Assembly: GCA_946965045.2 (NCBI GenBank)
Contig: OX337241.1
Span: 1,426,001-1,490,000 of the forward strand
Direction of reading: 5' to 3'
DNA: 64,000 bases
DNA from: Epithemia pelagica
Taxonomy: Eukaryota > Protista > Bacillariophyta
The position numbers and the translations under genes were made by a program. The notes under the pieces are model-generated. The model searched no databases and was not told the DNA's origin. It saw only the letters and a list, made by a program, of their open reading frames with translations. This document shows, piece by piece, positions 1-10,869 of this stretch (position 1 is the first letter of the stretch; every line of letters begins with the position of its first letter).

Positions 1-13
1 CGATTTCTCGCGA

Positions 14-3000
14 TTGCAGGATGAGCTCAATCGGCACTTTGTCAAACATGGGATGGACACGATTGTGTACTTACCTGACCCCAAGAACTCCACATCGATG
101 ATCAACATCATCACAGAGCATCCTCGTTTCACCAACGAGCGCGTCCAGGACCTGATGGCAGTGCAGATCCAAAATTACGATAAGTACGATCAGAACAACA
201 ACGCAGCGGCTCAGGACTACTTACTCGATTCTCTCGAGAAAACCTTTTGTCGCAAAGTAGAGGACCAATCCCGCTCTGCGAACTCGTTTCCCGTCCTCTT
301 TATGGTAATCGTCCGCATCATTACGGACGACTCCATCGAACATTGGGAGCTGGTAAAGGGTGAGATGCGCAGTCTGGTACCACAACAGTACTCAGGACAC
401 GACATTACCGCACTTACCACTGATTTCGCGAACAAGGCACGTCCTCTTTCGGCTGCTGGTCTTTATGACCACACCATCACCGCGAATCTCCTCAAGAACA
501 TCCTCACCGCTGAATGGCCGGAAACTCCAAAATTTGACCTCTTGATTCTCAACAAGAAAGTCAAAGACGCCGTAGAACACATCCGTTTTCTCGATCGTTC
601 CGTCGCTGACTCCTACATGAGCACCAACAAGCTCCTGTACACGCACGTCTCCGAGATCGCCAACAACCGGTACCTTGTTAGTGTCAAGCAAGGCGAATGG
701 AGTGCCAAAAGCTCCCACAAGGACAGCAAGGCCTTACCTGTTTCTTATGGCGGGAACCTGACAGTGACAAACAATCGCCGTGGCAAGACCCGTATCGGCT
801 ACCAAGCCAATGCCCTCTTCCCTCAGATGCAAACGTATGGTAAGAGCAAGAACAGTTTTCGTGAGAAGGGGAAGAGCAAGAGCAACAACAAGTTCGAAGG
901 CAAAACGGACAAGCCTTCTTCCACACCCAAAAACGACTCTACTCACCAATGGAAACGTGTTCCCCCTGCAGACGGCCAGCCGGATGAACGTACCAAAGAC
1001 GGCCAAACATATTTCTGGTGCGGCACTTGCAAGATCTGGAACACCACGCATCGTACTAGCGAGCATATTGTCGGATTCAAATCCATGGCCAAGAACAACA
1101 AGAACCAACAGAAACATAAAGCATCCGCTCATGTTCTTGAGTTTGACGCAACGGCCTGGAAAGCAGAACTCGACCTCCATTCTCGCTACTGGGACAGGGA
1201 CATTGTCAGAGAAATGGACAAGGAAGAATATGAGTTCTGTGAAGACAACTCAGAGGACGACGATTACGACCACTGTGACGACTCACCTGATGAGGAATAC
1301 GAACTTTGTGCCTTCATGGCCTCCTTTGAAGAAGACAAAGAAAGCAAAGAAGAAAGGTATGAAGAAACCAAGTCCAATGAAGATTCAAGCTCGCTCTTCT
1401 CCAACACCACTCACCAAGCTGTTACACCGGATCGTGTCACTTCAGCCAACATTAAAGAAAAACAGTTCAGTGAGAGTGATATGGAAGACTCATCAGGGAC
1501 CAGTACCATTGGAACGTTTGAGCCTACCTTTCCAGTCGTCGAGCCATCCAAGAACAACGGACCAACATACTTCGATCAATGGAATGACATGGACCTCACG
1601 ATGACAAACAACCATGATGACGATCCGCTCGATCCATTGAATGACGCTGCAACCCAACGATTTCTCGAGGACATGTACGACAAAGAAATCACAGCAGCAG
1701 CAGCAATCAATGAGAACTACGACGAAATGGAAAGTGAAGAGACAGATCTCACTTACAAAACTCCTGAAACAAGCACGGACACATCGACCGATGCAATCAA
1801 GCATCTCCAAGCTGGACAATTGGCGAGTCTGGAAAAGAAACTACCAGCCATCTCTCCAATCCATCAGGCACGACCTCTGCCACCACGGCCAAATGCTCCC
1901 TTGCCCTTTTCTCCGAACGATCCGACTCCGCCACCTCCTCCTCCAAGACGACGGCTGAGCATCCCTGCATCGACAAAATATGCAATGCAGCATATCATTC
2001 TCGAAGCAGAGCAAGCAAAAAGAGATGGGATGAGGTACGAGAGAGCAGCCAAAACCGTGTTCGCAAACGCTTGGCGAGAGCCGAGACTTACCGTGGCTGA
2101 GGCATACCAACGTGTCAAAGAAGAGGAATGGGCAATGGGATACTTCGTCGATGGAATGCCCATTCCGAATCACCCTCGACCAGCATCTTGCTTTCCTGGA
2201 ATGTCGCCCATTCCACCAGACCCGATGGTTCCTTGTTTTCAACCGATGGACACCTCCAGCTCTGGATCAGCGATGCAGTTCACTCCTGCAACAAAACTTA
2301 CAACATTCCGTGAGAACAAGAGCACGATGACAGATGACTCAACAAGCAACTCATCCTCCTCTTTCGTTCCAACCAGCACGCTAGGCGAACGATATGTTCC
2401 CTCGGAACCCGAAAACAAGACGGATGATGATGACGACTCGAACAAGACAGTGGCAGTCACCAAGTATTTTGCCCATCTCGCTTGTGTCGATTTCGACGAT
2501 GATGAAGATGAGGCTTCACAACCTGCCACTTCTCAACAAAATGAAGGAGACACTGACCCCCAAGACACTTCGGACGGATCCAACTGTACTGTGGACGAGA
2601 CAGTAGGAGGCTCAATGGTAGGAAAATGCGTAGAAGTCTACTATGCACCTTTCACCTTTGGACACGTGCGTACCCCACGACGACCGGCGCGCACGCCAGT
2701 CGAGGAGCTTTCAGACGAAACTTTCTCTCTTCAGCATCTTTTCTTGGTCGCCCTTCTACATTTTGTTGTCTTGTTACCGATCATCCTCTGGCTGATCCCA
2801 GCTGCAACCACTACCGAGGAATCTAAGGACGCCATTACAAATGGGCTAGGACACCTGTACAGTGCCGCGGTACATCTCTACTATGGTGTCTATGAAGCTT
2901 ACTGCGGATTCAAGGAAATTTCTGTTTCCTTCTTGCTGCATCCTGGCTGCATGCCTGGTATCGTTACATGGATTTCTTGTTGGGTGGCCATCTTTCTCAG

Positions 3001-3199
3001 TTTCAGCCTCTCATCCAGTCCCAAATCCAAGAACTCTAACAAAGCCAAGGGACCAAATCGCCCCAATAACACCCAAAGGACCGCCATCTCGGTCAATGCC
3101 TTTCGTGCCCAGCTAAACAACCGCCGAACCCACTTTGCCACCAACCACAACTCCCCTACAAGGTCCTTCTTCTTCTCCTTGTTCTCCACACCGATTCGG
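14..3199 (+). mobile_element. Ty1/copia (CoDi-like) gag region with a long acidic/Pro-rich extension, 5'-truncated by the window edge and cut at 3199 by an inserted LTR element
   Basis: 1062-aa ORF with a gag-like helical region and a zinc-knuckle-like YFWCGTCKIWNTTHRTSEH. The stop codon lies inside the inserted LTR. Confidence 0.8.
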
Positions 3200-3390
3200 T
3201 AGTCAATATCCGAGCGGTCGCCGATAGCGCGTGCATTGCGAGCATGCCTTGGCCAAAATTATAGGTCCGCGAGCATGCCGTCATTCTTTTCTCACTTTTA
3301 CACAAATGTCATCGGATGCCATAAAATACTAGCATCAGTCGATGTGTTGTAGATTCCACCACCACCTAGTTAAAGGTGAGAATCCTAACA
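3200..3390 (-). repeat. 3' LTR of the nested element (191 bp)
   Basis: Matches 7470-7660 except gatgtgttgt versus gatgtattgt. On the minus strand it reads TGTTAGG...TTGACTA. Confidence 0.95.
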
Positions 3391-3400
3391 CTCCCCACAA
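3391..3400 (-). promoter_or_regulatory. Polypurine tract of the nested element
   Basis: Minus strand TTGTGGGGAG directly precedes TG of the 3' LTR. Confidence 0.75.
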
Positions 3401-3628
3401 TTCGTCGAGTGAGGATTGTTATTTTCCTTGTCATGCTTCTGAACGTTTCCTCCCCAGAAGAATATGATCTTGAACGTGGTCCATACTTTCGAGAATTTCC
3501 AATGCTTACTGACAATGTATCCTGGATGCTCTCATAGGGATATCTCAGGCAATAAGTAATCAGTTCATCATTCTTCAGTTGGTAGGACTTGTCGGTGCCC
3601 TTTGAGCTATGCTCCCCAGGTGCCTTCT

Positions 3629-4927
3629 TCATCCAAACATTCGAATCTTGTTCTTGTGATACTCTTCTGAAGATGCATTTATCATTTTCCCTCTGCTGAG
3701 CTGAGTTTGACGATAATCCTTGAATGTCTTGAGAGATTGAGTCCGAGAAACCTGAGAGGGCTCAACTTCAGTAGTGTCGTGCCACTTTCCTTTACCATAT
3801 TGCTTGTCTAACAAAACAACTACTTCTTCATATTTCTGTGGAACTTCTTGATAACCAAACTTGTACTTGATGGAATGACAGACATGCTTGATTCGTGACT
3901 GCTGTTTGGCAGCTTGAACAAGGTATTTACTGGTCTTGACAAAACACTTGAGATGTTTCCATCCAAGTTCACTCAATAGATCATGTTTCTTGGCATATGC
4001 ATCGTTTACCATTAGTGACGGAGGCTCATAGATCATCTCCCCAGTCTCCCAATCAACAAGTATACGACAGTGACTTCTTTTGTAGTCAGGATTGTTGCTA
4101 ATACTTGACGGTTCTTGATCTGCAACAACGTCTCTGAACTGGAAAACGTCATCTTCAGTTGCCTGTGCTTGGTTGTCCTGTTTGATGTATTCCATATGTT
4201 GACGGTATGAAATTATCTTGTCAATGTCGGAAATGGATTTGCAGAAAGTGTACTTGATATAGTCTTCTTGCTTGAGAGCATCTTGTTCTAAATCAACGAT
4301 GCATCTGATAAGACATGGTTGTGGTTGCTCCCCATTATATGGTTGCCGTTGCTCCCCATTTTCCTCTGGATCATAAACAAGGAAAGGTTGTCCAATAGTG
4401 TTATCACATTTGATCATAGGCATTTGCGTGGATGGATCTTCACCTTTGCTACAAATGAAAATGGGTTTATTTGGAAGCGACTCCTCCCCTGAAGAGGTAT
4501 CCACACAAAGGTTGCTGGGTGGCGTGGGTGCATCATGAAGAATGGCAGAGTAACAAAGGGTTTGAGTGTCCAGAGACAAAGTATCACCAACAGGAGGGGC
4601 AAAAACAAGCCAGTAGCCAAGTGTCGTGACAAAAGAGGGAGGGTAGGGACGGTAGGGACGGTGGGAGAGGGCATATGATTCGGTAAAGTAGGGGGCCTTG
4701 TCCCAGATAAGGAAGAAAAGTGGGTGGGTAATGCCGGGTGGGCGACCATTGAGGATCTCAAGAGGGATATGGCCCGAAACGGTCACGACGTATGTTGTCC
4801 TCTTAACGGTCTGATAACGGTTCTCAGCCATGTTCTGATCTTGGAGGTATGGTTTGGAACAGTATTCTCCAAGCAGGGGTGTGAAGAAGGAAGGCGTATC
4901 AGGTCCATGATCGTAAGGTAAATCCAA
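3629..4927 (-). pseudogene. Copia pol remnant (post-integrase to start of RT region)
   Basis: ILVDWETGEMIYEP, AYAKKHDLLSELGWKHLK and KYKFGYQEVPQKYEE resemble the segment between integrase and RT in diatom copia pol. The N-terminal half is unrecognisable. Confidence 0.65.
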
Positions 4928-6420
4928 GAGAAGGTTGAGGTTACAGACAACACGATTGGTATACTTCCCAAAAGCATCATGCGGTTTGTTGCCATCATTT
5001 CAACAGTCCTTGAAGAAGGTGCCGTATCTTGCATGGGATCAAGATACCAATGATTATAGCCAGTCAATTGATTGTCACCGGAGAAAGTAGACATGCGAGA
5101 GAGCAGATTTCGAGATATCTCAACTTTCTGTTTACAGTTGTTGTTCTCGAGACAATCATTAGGGATGGATGTTGCCTTGATATCTGACACCAAATTAGCA
5201 AGATCAGATGTTGGATGATTGACATCAATATTGGTCACAACTTGTGGAACCAACCGGGTAATCAGATCAAAGAAATTATCTTGATGGTCTTGGGAATCAT
5301 CTTGAATCATGTCGTCAATCCATGCACGACCAGGGTCGGGATCAGGTTCCGGATCAATGTCAAGAGTATGCGTCTGTTCCATGCATGCAGTTGTTGATGA
5401 CGGATTCTGGGTAGACTTGTTGTACGCAATGATTACTTGACGACTATTGTCGTTGAGTTTACTCCACAGATCTCTTGGAAGACTGATCTTTGGACGAAGC
5501 GAAGATGATTTCTTGGTCTTCACGTTAGTTCTCTTAATCATGCAGTGTTTTTCTTTGGGTGATAGATCTTTGATATCAAAATCTTGATCATATTGAAAGT
5601 CGCATTGCTTGGTATGCTCAAGTCGGTTAGACTTTGGTGATCGAGTTGCTCGGTCATGATCATATGCGGCATCAAGGAGTAGACGGAAATATGATTCGTA
5701 ACAAAGTGTCTTTGCACCAGACGAGATGTTGACTTGTCGTAAATCAGGTACCTTTTCAACGGCTTTCATCAGGTAGGTCATCCTAGTGGAGTGGCCAGGA
5801 ATGTGATCAAACATTGATCCCAGATTGTCGAGAAGATGGAACTGGTGTTGAAAGTGTAGAAGAAACTGATAGGTTGTGCCATGCCATGAATCATCGAGAC
5901 GAAGATTGGAGATGTAGTTGTTAAGATGCAGCACCTCTCTTTTTGCTAAACGAAATGACGAAATGCAACCTTGGTTCAGACAAGGCTTGGTGAAGTCTGC
6001 ATTGATTCTCCAATGATCATAATTGGCCTTGGTGAGGTTCAACCAGGTAGAGCGAGGTAAATCAGACTGCTGCAGGGTTGAGGTTTGTTCTCGTGACCAA
6101 TATGCTAGGATCTTCAGTTGATGCCTTGTATATGTCTTCAGGTCCATCGTCTTGTTCCCATACTTGTATTGTCCAAGGTCCTTGATATTCTTTTCTGGAT
6201 TGACTGCAAGATAGTCGATGACATTCAGAATGTGTTCGAAACCACTACGTTTTATCCATTGATGAAGGCCTTGAGCTCGTTCTTCATCACATTCAAATAG
6301 ATTTTGGGTGATATGATTGAACACTTGTGTATCTGATATGTCAGGCGGTACTGAGTCGTCAGAAGGAAGAAAAGGTGTCTTGGGGTGTGTTGGATCCATG
6401 GTAGTATATGGTTGGTTCAT
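4783..6420 (-). CDS. gag-like ORF of the nested element (545 aa)
   Basis: FLLHFQHQFHLLD...RMTYLMKAVEKVPDLRQV resembles CoDi gag. The position fits gag downstream of the 5' LTR and PBS. Confidence 0.65.
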   Translation of the reverse strand: MNQPYTTMDPTHPKTPFLPSDDSVPPDISDTQVFNHITQNLFECDEERAQGLHQWIKRSGFEHILNVIDYLAVNPEKNIKDLGQYKYGNKTMDLKTYTRHQLKILAYWSREQTSTLQQSDLPRSTWLNLTKANYDHWRINADFTKPCLNQGCISSFRLAKREVLHLNNYISNLRLDDSWHGTTYQFLLHFQHQFHLLDNLGSMFDHIPGHSTRMTYLMKAVEKVPDLRQVNISSGAKTLCYESYFRLLLDAAYDHDRATRSPKSNRLEHTKQCDFQYDQDFDIKDLSPKEKHCMIKRTNVKTKKSSSLRPKISLPRDLWSKLNDNSRQVIIAYNKSTQNPSSTTACMEQTHTLDIDPEPDPDPGRAWIDDMIQDDSQDHQDNFFDLITRLVPQVVTNIDVNHPTSDLANLVSDIKATSIPNDCLENNNCKQKVEISRNLLSRMSTFSGDNQLTGYNHWYLDPMQDTAPSSRTVEMMATNRMMLLGSIPIVLSVTSTFSWIYLTIMDLIRLPSSHPCLENTVPNHTSKIRTWLRTVIRPLRGQHTS

Positions 6421-7457
6421 TGTTTATTTAATGTGTGGTGTGATCTGAACCCGGATGTACCACGTGTGTGCCACGTATGTGAGTACCCGGATGTGTGTTG
6501 TGCTTGGAACCCGGATGTGCGGAACTCGGTTTTGTCTCTGGTTTGTTGTGGAAACTACTTAAAGTTACTTATCCTTGGTCACTTCTGGACTCGTTGCGGT
6601 GATCGAGTTGAACCGGGGAGTCAGGAATAGTGGTAGCTTCCTCGTCTTGCTCGTAGTCCTCAACAAAGTACTGGTCAGGTGAGTATTGGGAAGGTAGTTG
6701 CACGGAGTCCTGGTCCAGCTTGAGGTTCTGGAATAGGAGAGGGTTGGTGACCCTAGCCTCAGCCAGGCTGGCCCTGTTGTTGGGTTGGGTAGTTTTGTCC
6801 TCCAACTCTTGTTTGTTGGGGTAGCTCAATCTGTAATGGGTGTAGATGGGTAAGTAAGGTATCCAATGCAACTGCAGGGCAATGAGCGATGAGACTGTTA
6901 ATCTAGCAGAACTCTCATTGAGAATTCAGAAGGGTAATAGGTAGTTGGGTAAAAGGCTCGCTGAGCCGACAATCGAATCACCAACCGATACAACAATCCT
7001 CCACGGGTCAGAGAAGAGTTGCAAGTCGAAGTCCGCCGTGGGTGGGGGCAGTTGGTCCACTGATAAGAGGTAAGTCTTAAGATGAGTGTTAAAATGGTGA
7101 TATTAATGATTGTGAGATGATTACTAACTAAGGTGTTTGATGAAGGTCGAGGTCCTGGCTCTTGTATACGGCCATGGATCTGGTGTGACAGGTCCTCAAA
7201 TGGTTGGAGTAGACCTGCATTGTTGTATTGAAAGTATATGCAGTTGTATATCATATACCAATGCCAACAGCTCTTGCTTTGTTGTGATATAGGTAGTTTT
7301 CTTGGCGCGTTGTTGATTGCATTCTTGGAATTGTGGGAATGGAAATATGGTCTCGCGTGATGGTGATTCGTGCTTTGATTACTTAGGTCGTTGAGGTAAG
7401 TCGTGGAGGTGCTCACTCGGCTCGTGATTGCGCGCGCTTGAGAATATTGGGCGCGCA

Positions 7458-7469
7458 CGTGATGGGCCA
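7458..7469 (-). promoter_or_regulatory. Primer-binding-site-like sequence
   Basis: TGGCCCATCACG immediately follows the 5' LTR on the minus strand. The tRNA was not assigned. Confidence 0.6.
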
Positions 7470-7660
7470 TAGTCAATATCCGAGCGGTCGCCGATAGCGC
7501 GTGCATTGCGAGCATGCCTTGGCCAAAATTATAGGTCCGCGAGCATGCCGTCATTCTTTTCTCACTTTTACACAAATGTCATCGGATGCCATAAAATACT
7601 AGCATCAGTCGATGTATTGTAGATTCCACCACCACCTAGTTAAAGGTGAGAATCCTAACA
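7470..7660 (-). repeat. 5' LTR of the nested element (191 bp)
   Basis: 190 of 191 bases identical to 3200-3390. Confidence 0.95.
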
Positions 7661-10101
7661 GGTCTACACGTTGCCAACTCATGGGGTTAAGTAACCGCCA
7701 TGCTAGTTCGGTCCCTCTGGTACTTAACCCTGACACCGGCTACATAACACCACAATTCCATGTAGTTTTTGACGATTGGTTCAGTACAATTGCTATGACT
7801 TATGAACAATTGCCCGACTTCTTCACTGACATGTGGTATAAACTGTTCGGAGAATCCTCCTATCAATATATAGATCTCGACAACGACGATGCTCCAAATA
7901 TTGAAGCACCTACTACTACAGATGAGGCCGCACAACAGTCCTATACACAAAGAGAATCCGATGTCGCACATGCAATTGGGACTCATCGTCCTTTTGCCGT
8001 GCTTCCATCGCCTTCCCAACCCAGTTCCACTCCTGGCACGTTTCCTTTAACTAATCCCCGTGCTACTCCCATTGGCGCACCAGCACCCAGTTCGACACCA
8101 AGCAACAGACCCGTATCGATTTCAGCTCCCAATGAGGAACCGGTGTATCAACCATCCCCTAAGCGGATGTCCTTTTCCAATACACCCCTTCCTCAGAGGG
8201 AGAAAACTGACCAGGTCGCTGAAACCTCGCCTTCGACAACCCCTCTTTTGCCTTCTCCTTCTCCCAACACTACTCCTTCCCCTGGCCCATCTCCTCAGAG
8301 GGAGATTCGGCCTCAGAGGGAGTCCCGTCCTCGCATATCCACTCAACCCACTTCCGGTTCCACTTCCCCTCTCGCACCAACCATCACCACTCGTCGCTCC
8401 GGTCGGACTGTTAAACGGCCCACTCGTCTTGTAGAAGAAATAAATGTGGCTACCGTTCATCCTACTGCTCCTCCATCTGTAGATCATAGCGACCTCCTGA
8501 CCGTCATGAAAGCATCTCTCTCTGATCCAGATACGCTTTCTTATGACGAAGCCATGCGAGATGCTGACATTGAAAAATGGAAAGTTGCAGCACACAAAGA
8601 AATTATGGAACTCGAAGGTAAAGGAACATGGGAAGAGGTCCCAAAATCTCAGGCAAAAACGCGGATTCTACCAGGAACTTGGGTATTTAAACGAAAGAGA
8701 ACTCCCGATGGTGAGATCCTCAAACACAAAGCCAGATATTGTGTGTGAGGAGACTTACAGGAAACGGAACAAGAAAACTACAGCCCAGTTGTTCACTGGA
8801 GCTCAATCCGTATTGTCCTCACTATCAGCTTAATCCTAGGATGGGAGCTTGCCTGCATTGATTTTAACAATGCATTTGTACAAGCTACGTTGGATGAACC
8901 TGTATGGATTCATTTACCTAGAGGATTTAGGTCTGGTAAACCTGGAGAGACCTGCCTGCGACTCATCAAGAGTCTATATGGCCTGTCTTCAGCTCCAAGG
9001 TTATGGTATACCCACCTACTAGAGGCTTTAAAGGAAGACGGATTCACCCTTAGTGCTCATGACGAGTGTTTGCTTTACAAAGACAACATCATCATTTTTC
9101 TGTGGGTAGACGACTGTGGTGTCTGTGCTCCTAAAATGGAACTAATAGACGATCTAATCAAACGACTACAAGAAAAAGGGTTATCTCTCAAGAAAGAAGG
9201 AAATCTAACTGACTACCTCGGAATAAACTTTATCCGTCATGAGAATAAATCTATTACCATGACCCAGAAAGGACTTATTGCGAAGATTATTAAAACTACA
9301 GGACTAGGAGATTGCAACCCTAATTGGACTCCTGCAACCCAGCTGGGATTAGGCAGCGACCCAGACGGTGAACCTATGAAGGAAAGCTGGGAATATCGCT
9401 CCGTAGTAGGAATGCTCCTATACCTGGCTACCAACACTAGACCTGACATAGCTTTCGCTGTTAGTCAGGTAGCTAGATTCAGTTCAGCACCAAAGAAATC
9501 ACACGCTACCGCCATCAAGACAATTGTGCGCTACTTAGTTCGCACAAGAGACAAAGGGACTATCTTCACCCCTACTACAGATTTCAAACTAGATTGCTAT
9601 GTAGATGCTGATTTTGCCGGTTTGCATGGACGCGAACCCCAAGACAATCCCGTTAGTGCTAAGTCTCGTACTGACTATATACTAACATTTTGTGGATGCC
9701 CACTAATATGGCGTTCGCAACTCCAATCATCGGTAGCTCTTAGTACACTCCAGGCTGAGTACCATGCCCTCTCACAAGCCATGCGTAGTGTGATAGCTAC
9801 TCGCCGAGTGATTGAAGAACTTTTAGGCAATCTCAAGCTGCCGTTCCCGAAGCCCACTATTTTCTCTGAAGTCTTTGAGGACAATAGTGGAGCCTTTTAC
9901 CTTGCAACGAAGCAGCGCCTAACTCCAAGGACCAAGCATTTTAACACCTACCTTCACTTCTTTTGGGAGCATGTAGGTGACCACCCCGGAGGCGTGAAAG
10001 TTAGCATGGTCAGCACAGCTGACCAAAAGGCTGATTACTTTACTAAATGCCAGAATCGAGAACTTTTTGAGCGCTGCCGTAAACTCAATCAAGGATGGTA
10101 A
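7661..10101 (+). pseudogene. Copia pol: end of integrase region, reverse transcriptase and RNase H, with one in-frame stop at 8746-8748
   Basis: HASSVPLVLNPDTGYITPQFHVVFDDWF; ARYCV*GDLQ; IDFNNAFVQA; LYGLSSAP; LWVDD; YVDADFAG; EDNSGA; RTKH; DQKADYFTK. ORFs 7612-8748 and 8890-10101 share one frame. Confidence 0.92.
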
Positions 10102-10145
10102 ACCATCATACCTTCCATGTCGCAATTCTAGCCCAATCACTCCAT

Positions 10146-10156
10146 GAGAGGGAGAG
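10146..10156 (+). promoter_or_regulatory. Probable polypurine tract of the outer copia element; a 3' LTR probably follows but its end is undefined
   Basis: GAGAGGGAGAG about 45 bp after the RNase H stop. No partner LTR in the window. Confidence 0.5.
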
Positions 10157-10869
10157 TTACAACATAGCACATCTAGCACCATTAGATCTAGGTGTGACAT
10201 AGCATGACATAGCTACGACATAGAGGAAAGCAGCTGTCCTGAAGTAAGACAGACGCTCGTGTTGCAGTTGAACGGACGAACAACAGATGGATTTAGCCGA
10301 ATAGTAACTTCACCCAGCAGTCCAGGAAGATTCATGTACTAATTATTCATATACATGCACAATGCAAGTCGCGAGCCTACACATCCGTTCATACGAACGC
10401 AAGTTGGACGATACCTCTAGTTGTAATATCTTCTCTCTCAAATTGAGAATTACACAAAGATAACGATCGACCTTCAGATGATGTAGCAGGCCTGTTCCAA
10501 AGGTAAGTACCTTCTAGAAAGAACATTCATAAGGCCCAAACAATCAGGAGAGGTGAATACTCTCATCTAATCATGAAGAACAAAAAGAACAAGGAAGAAC
10601 TATTCTCCAAGAGAGAAATGGAGCGGCTAAGTTCTCCTTGAGATTGGAGATCGATCAGACCTGAAAATCACTTTCATGTAGATTAATCTCACTCTTTTCT
10701 AAAACACAAAAGTTACAAGCAACTGTTGTCTACAAAAGGAGTCAACCTATATCATAGACCGAAGGTGAGGGCCCCATCGTCGATCCAACGTGATAGGTTG
10801 ACTAACATTGCTACCCAACTGAACTAACCCCGATTATCAAGTCGTTATCACACCTAGCTAGCAGATATC

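Larger units (their letters stand above)
3200..7660 (-). mobile_element. Internally deleted (non-autonomous) copia-type LTR element, 4461 bp, nested in reverse orientation
   Basis: Two 191-bp direct repeats with one mismatch, a PBS-like TGGCCCATCACG next to the right LTR, a PPT next to the left LTR, and gag and pol remnants between them. No RT or RNase H motifs seen. Confidence 0.9.

Noticed and set aside
6898-7575. 225-aa ORF in the nested LTR element as an extra gene
   Set aside because: It lies in the 5' leader region, has no motifs, and looks like a chance ORF.
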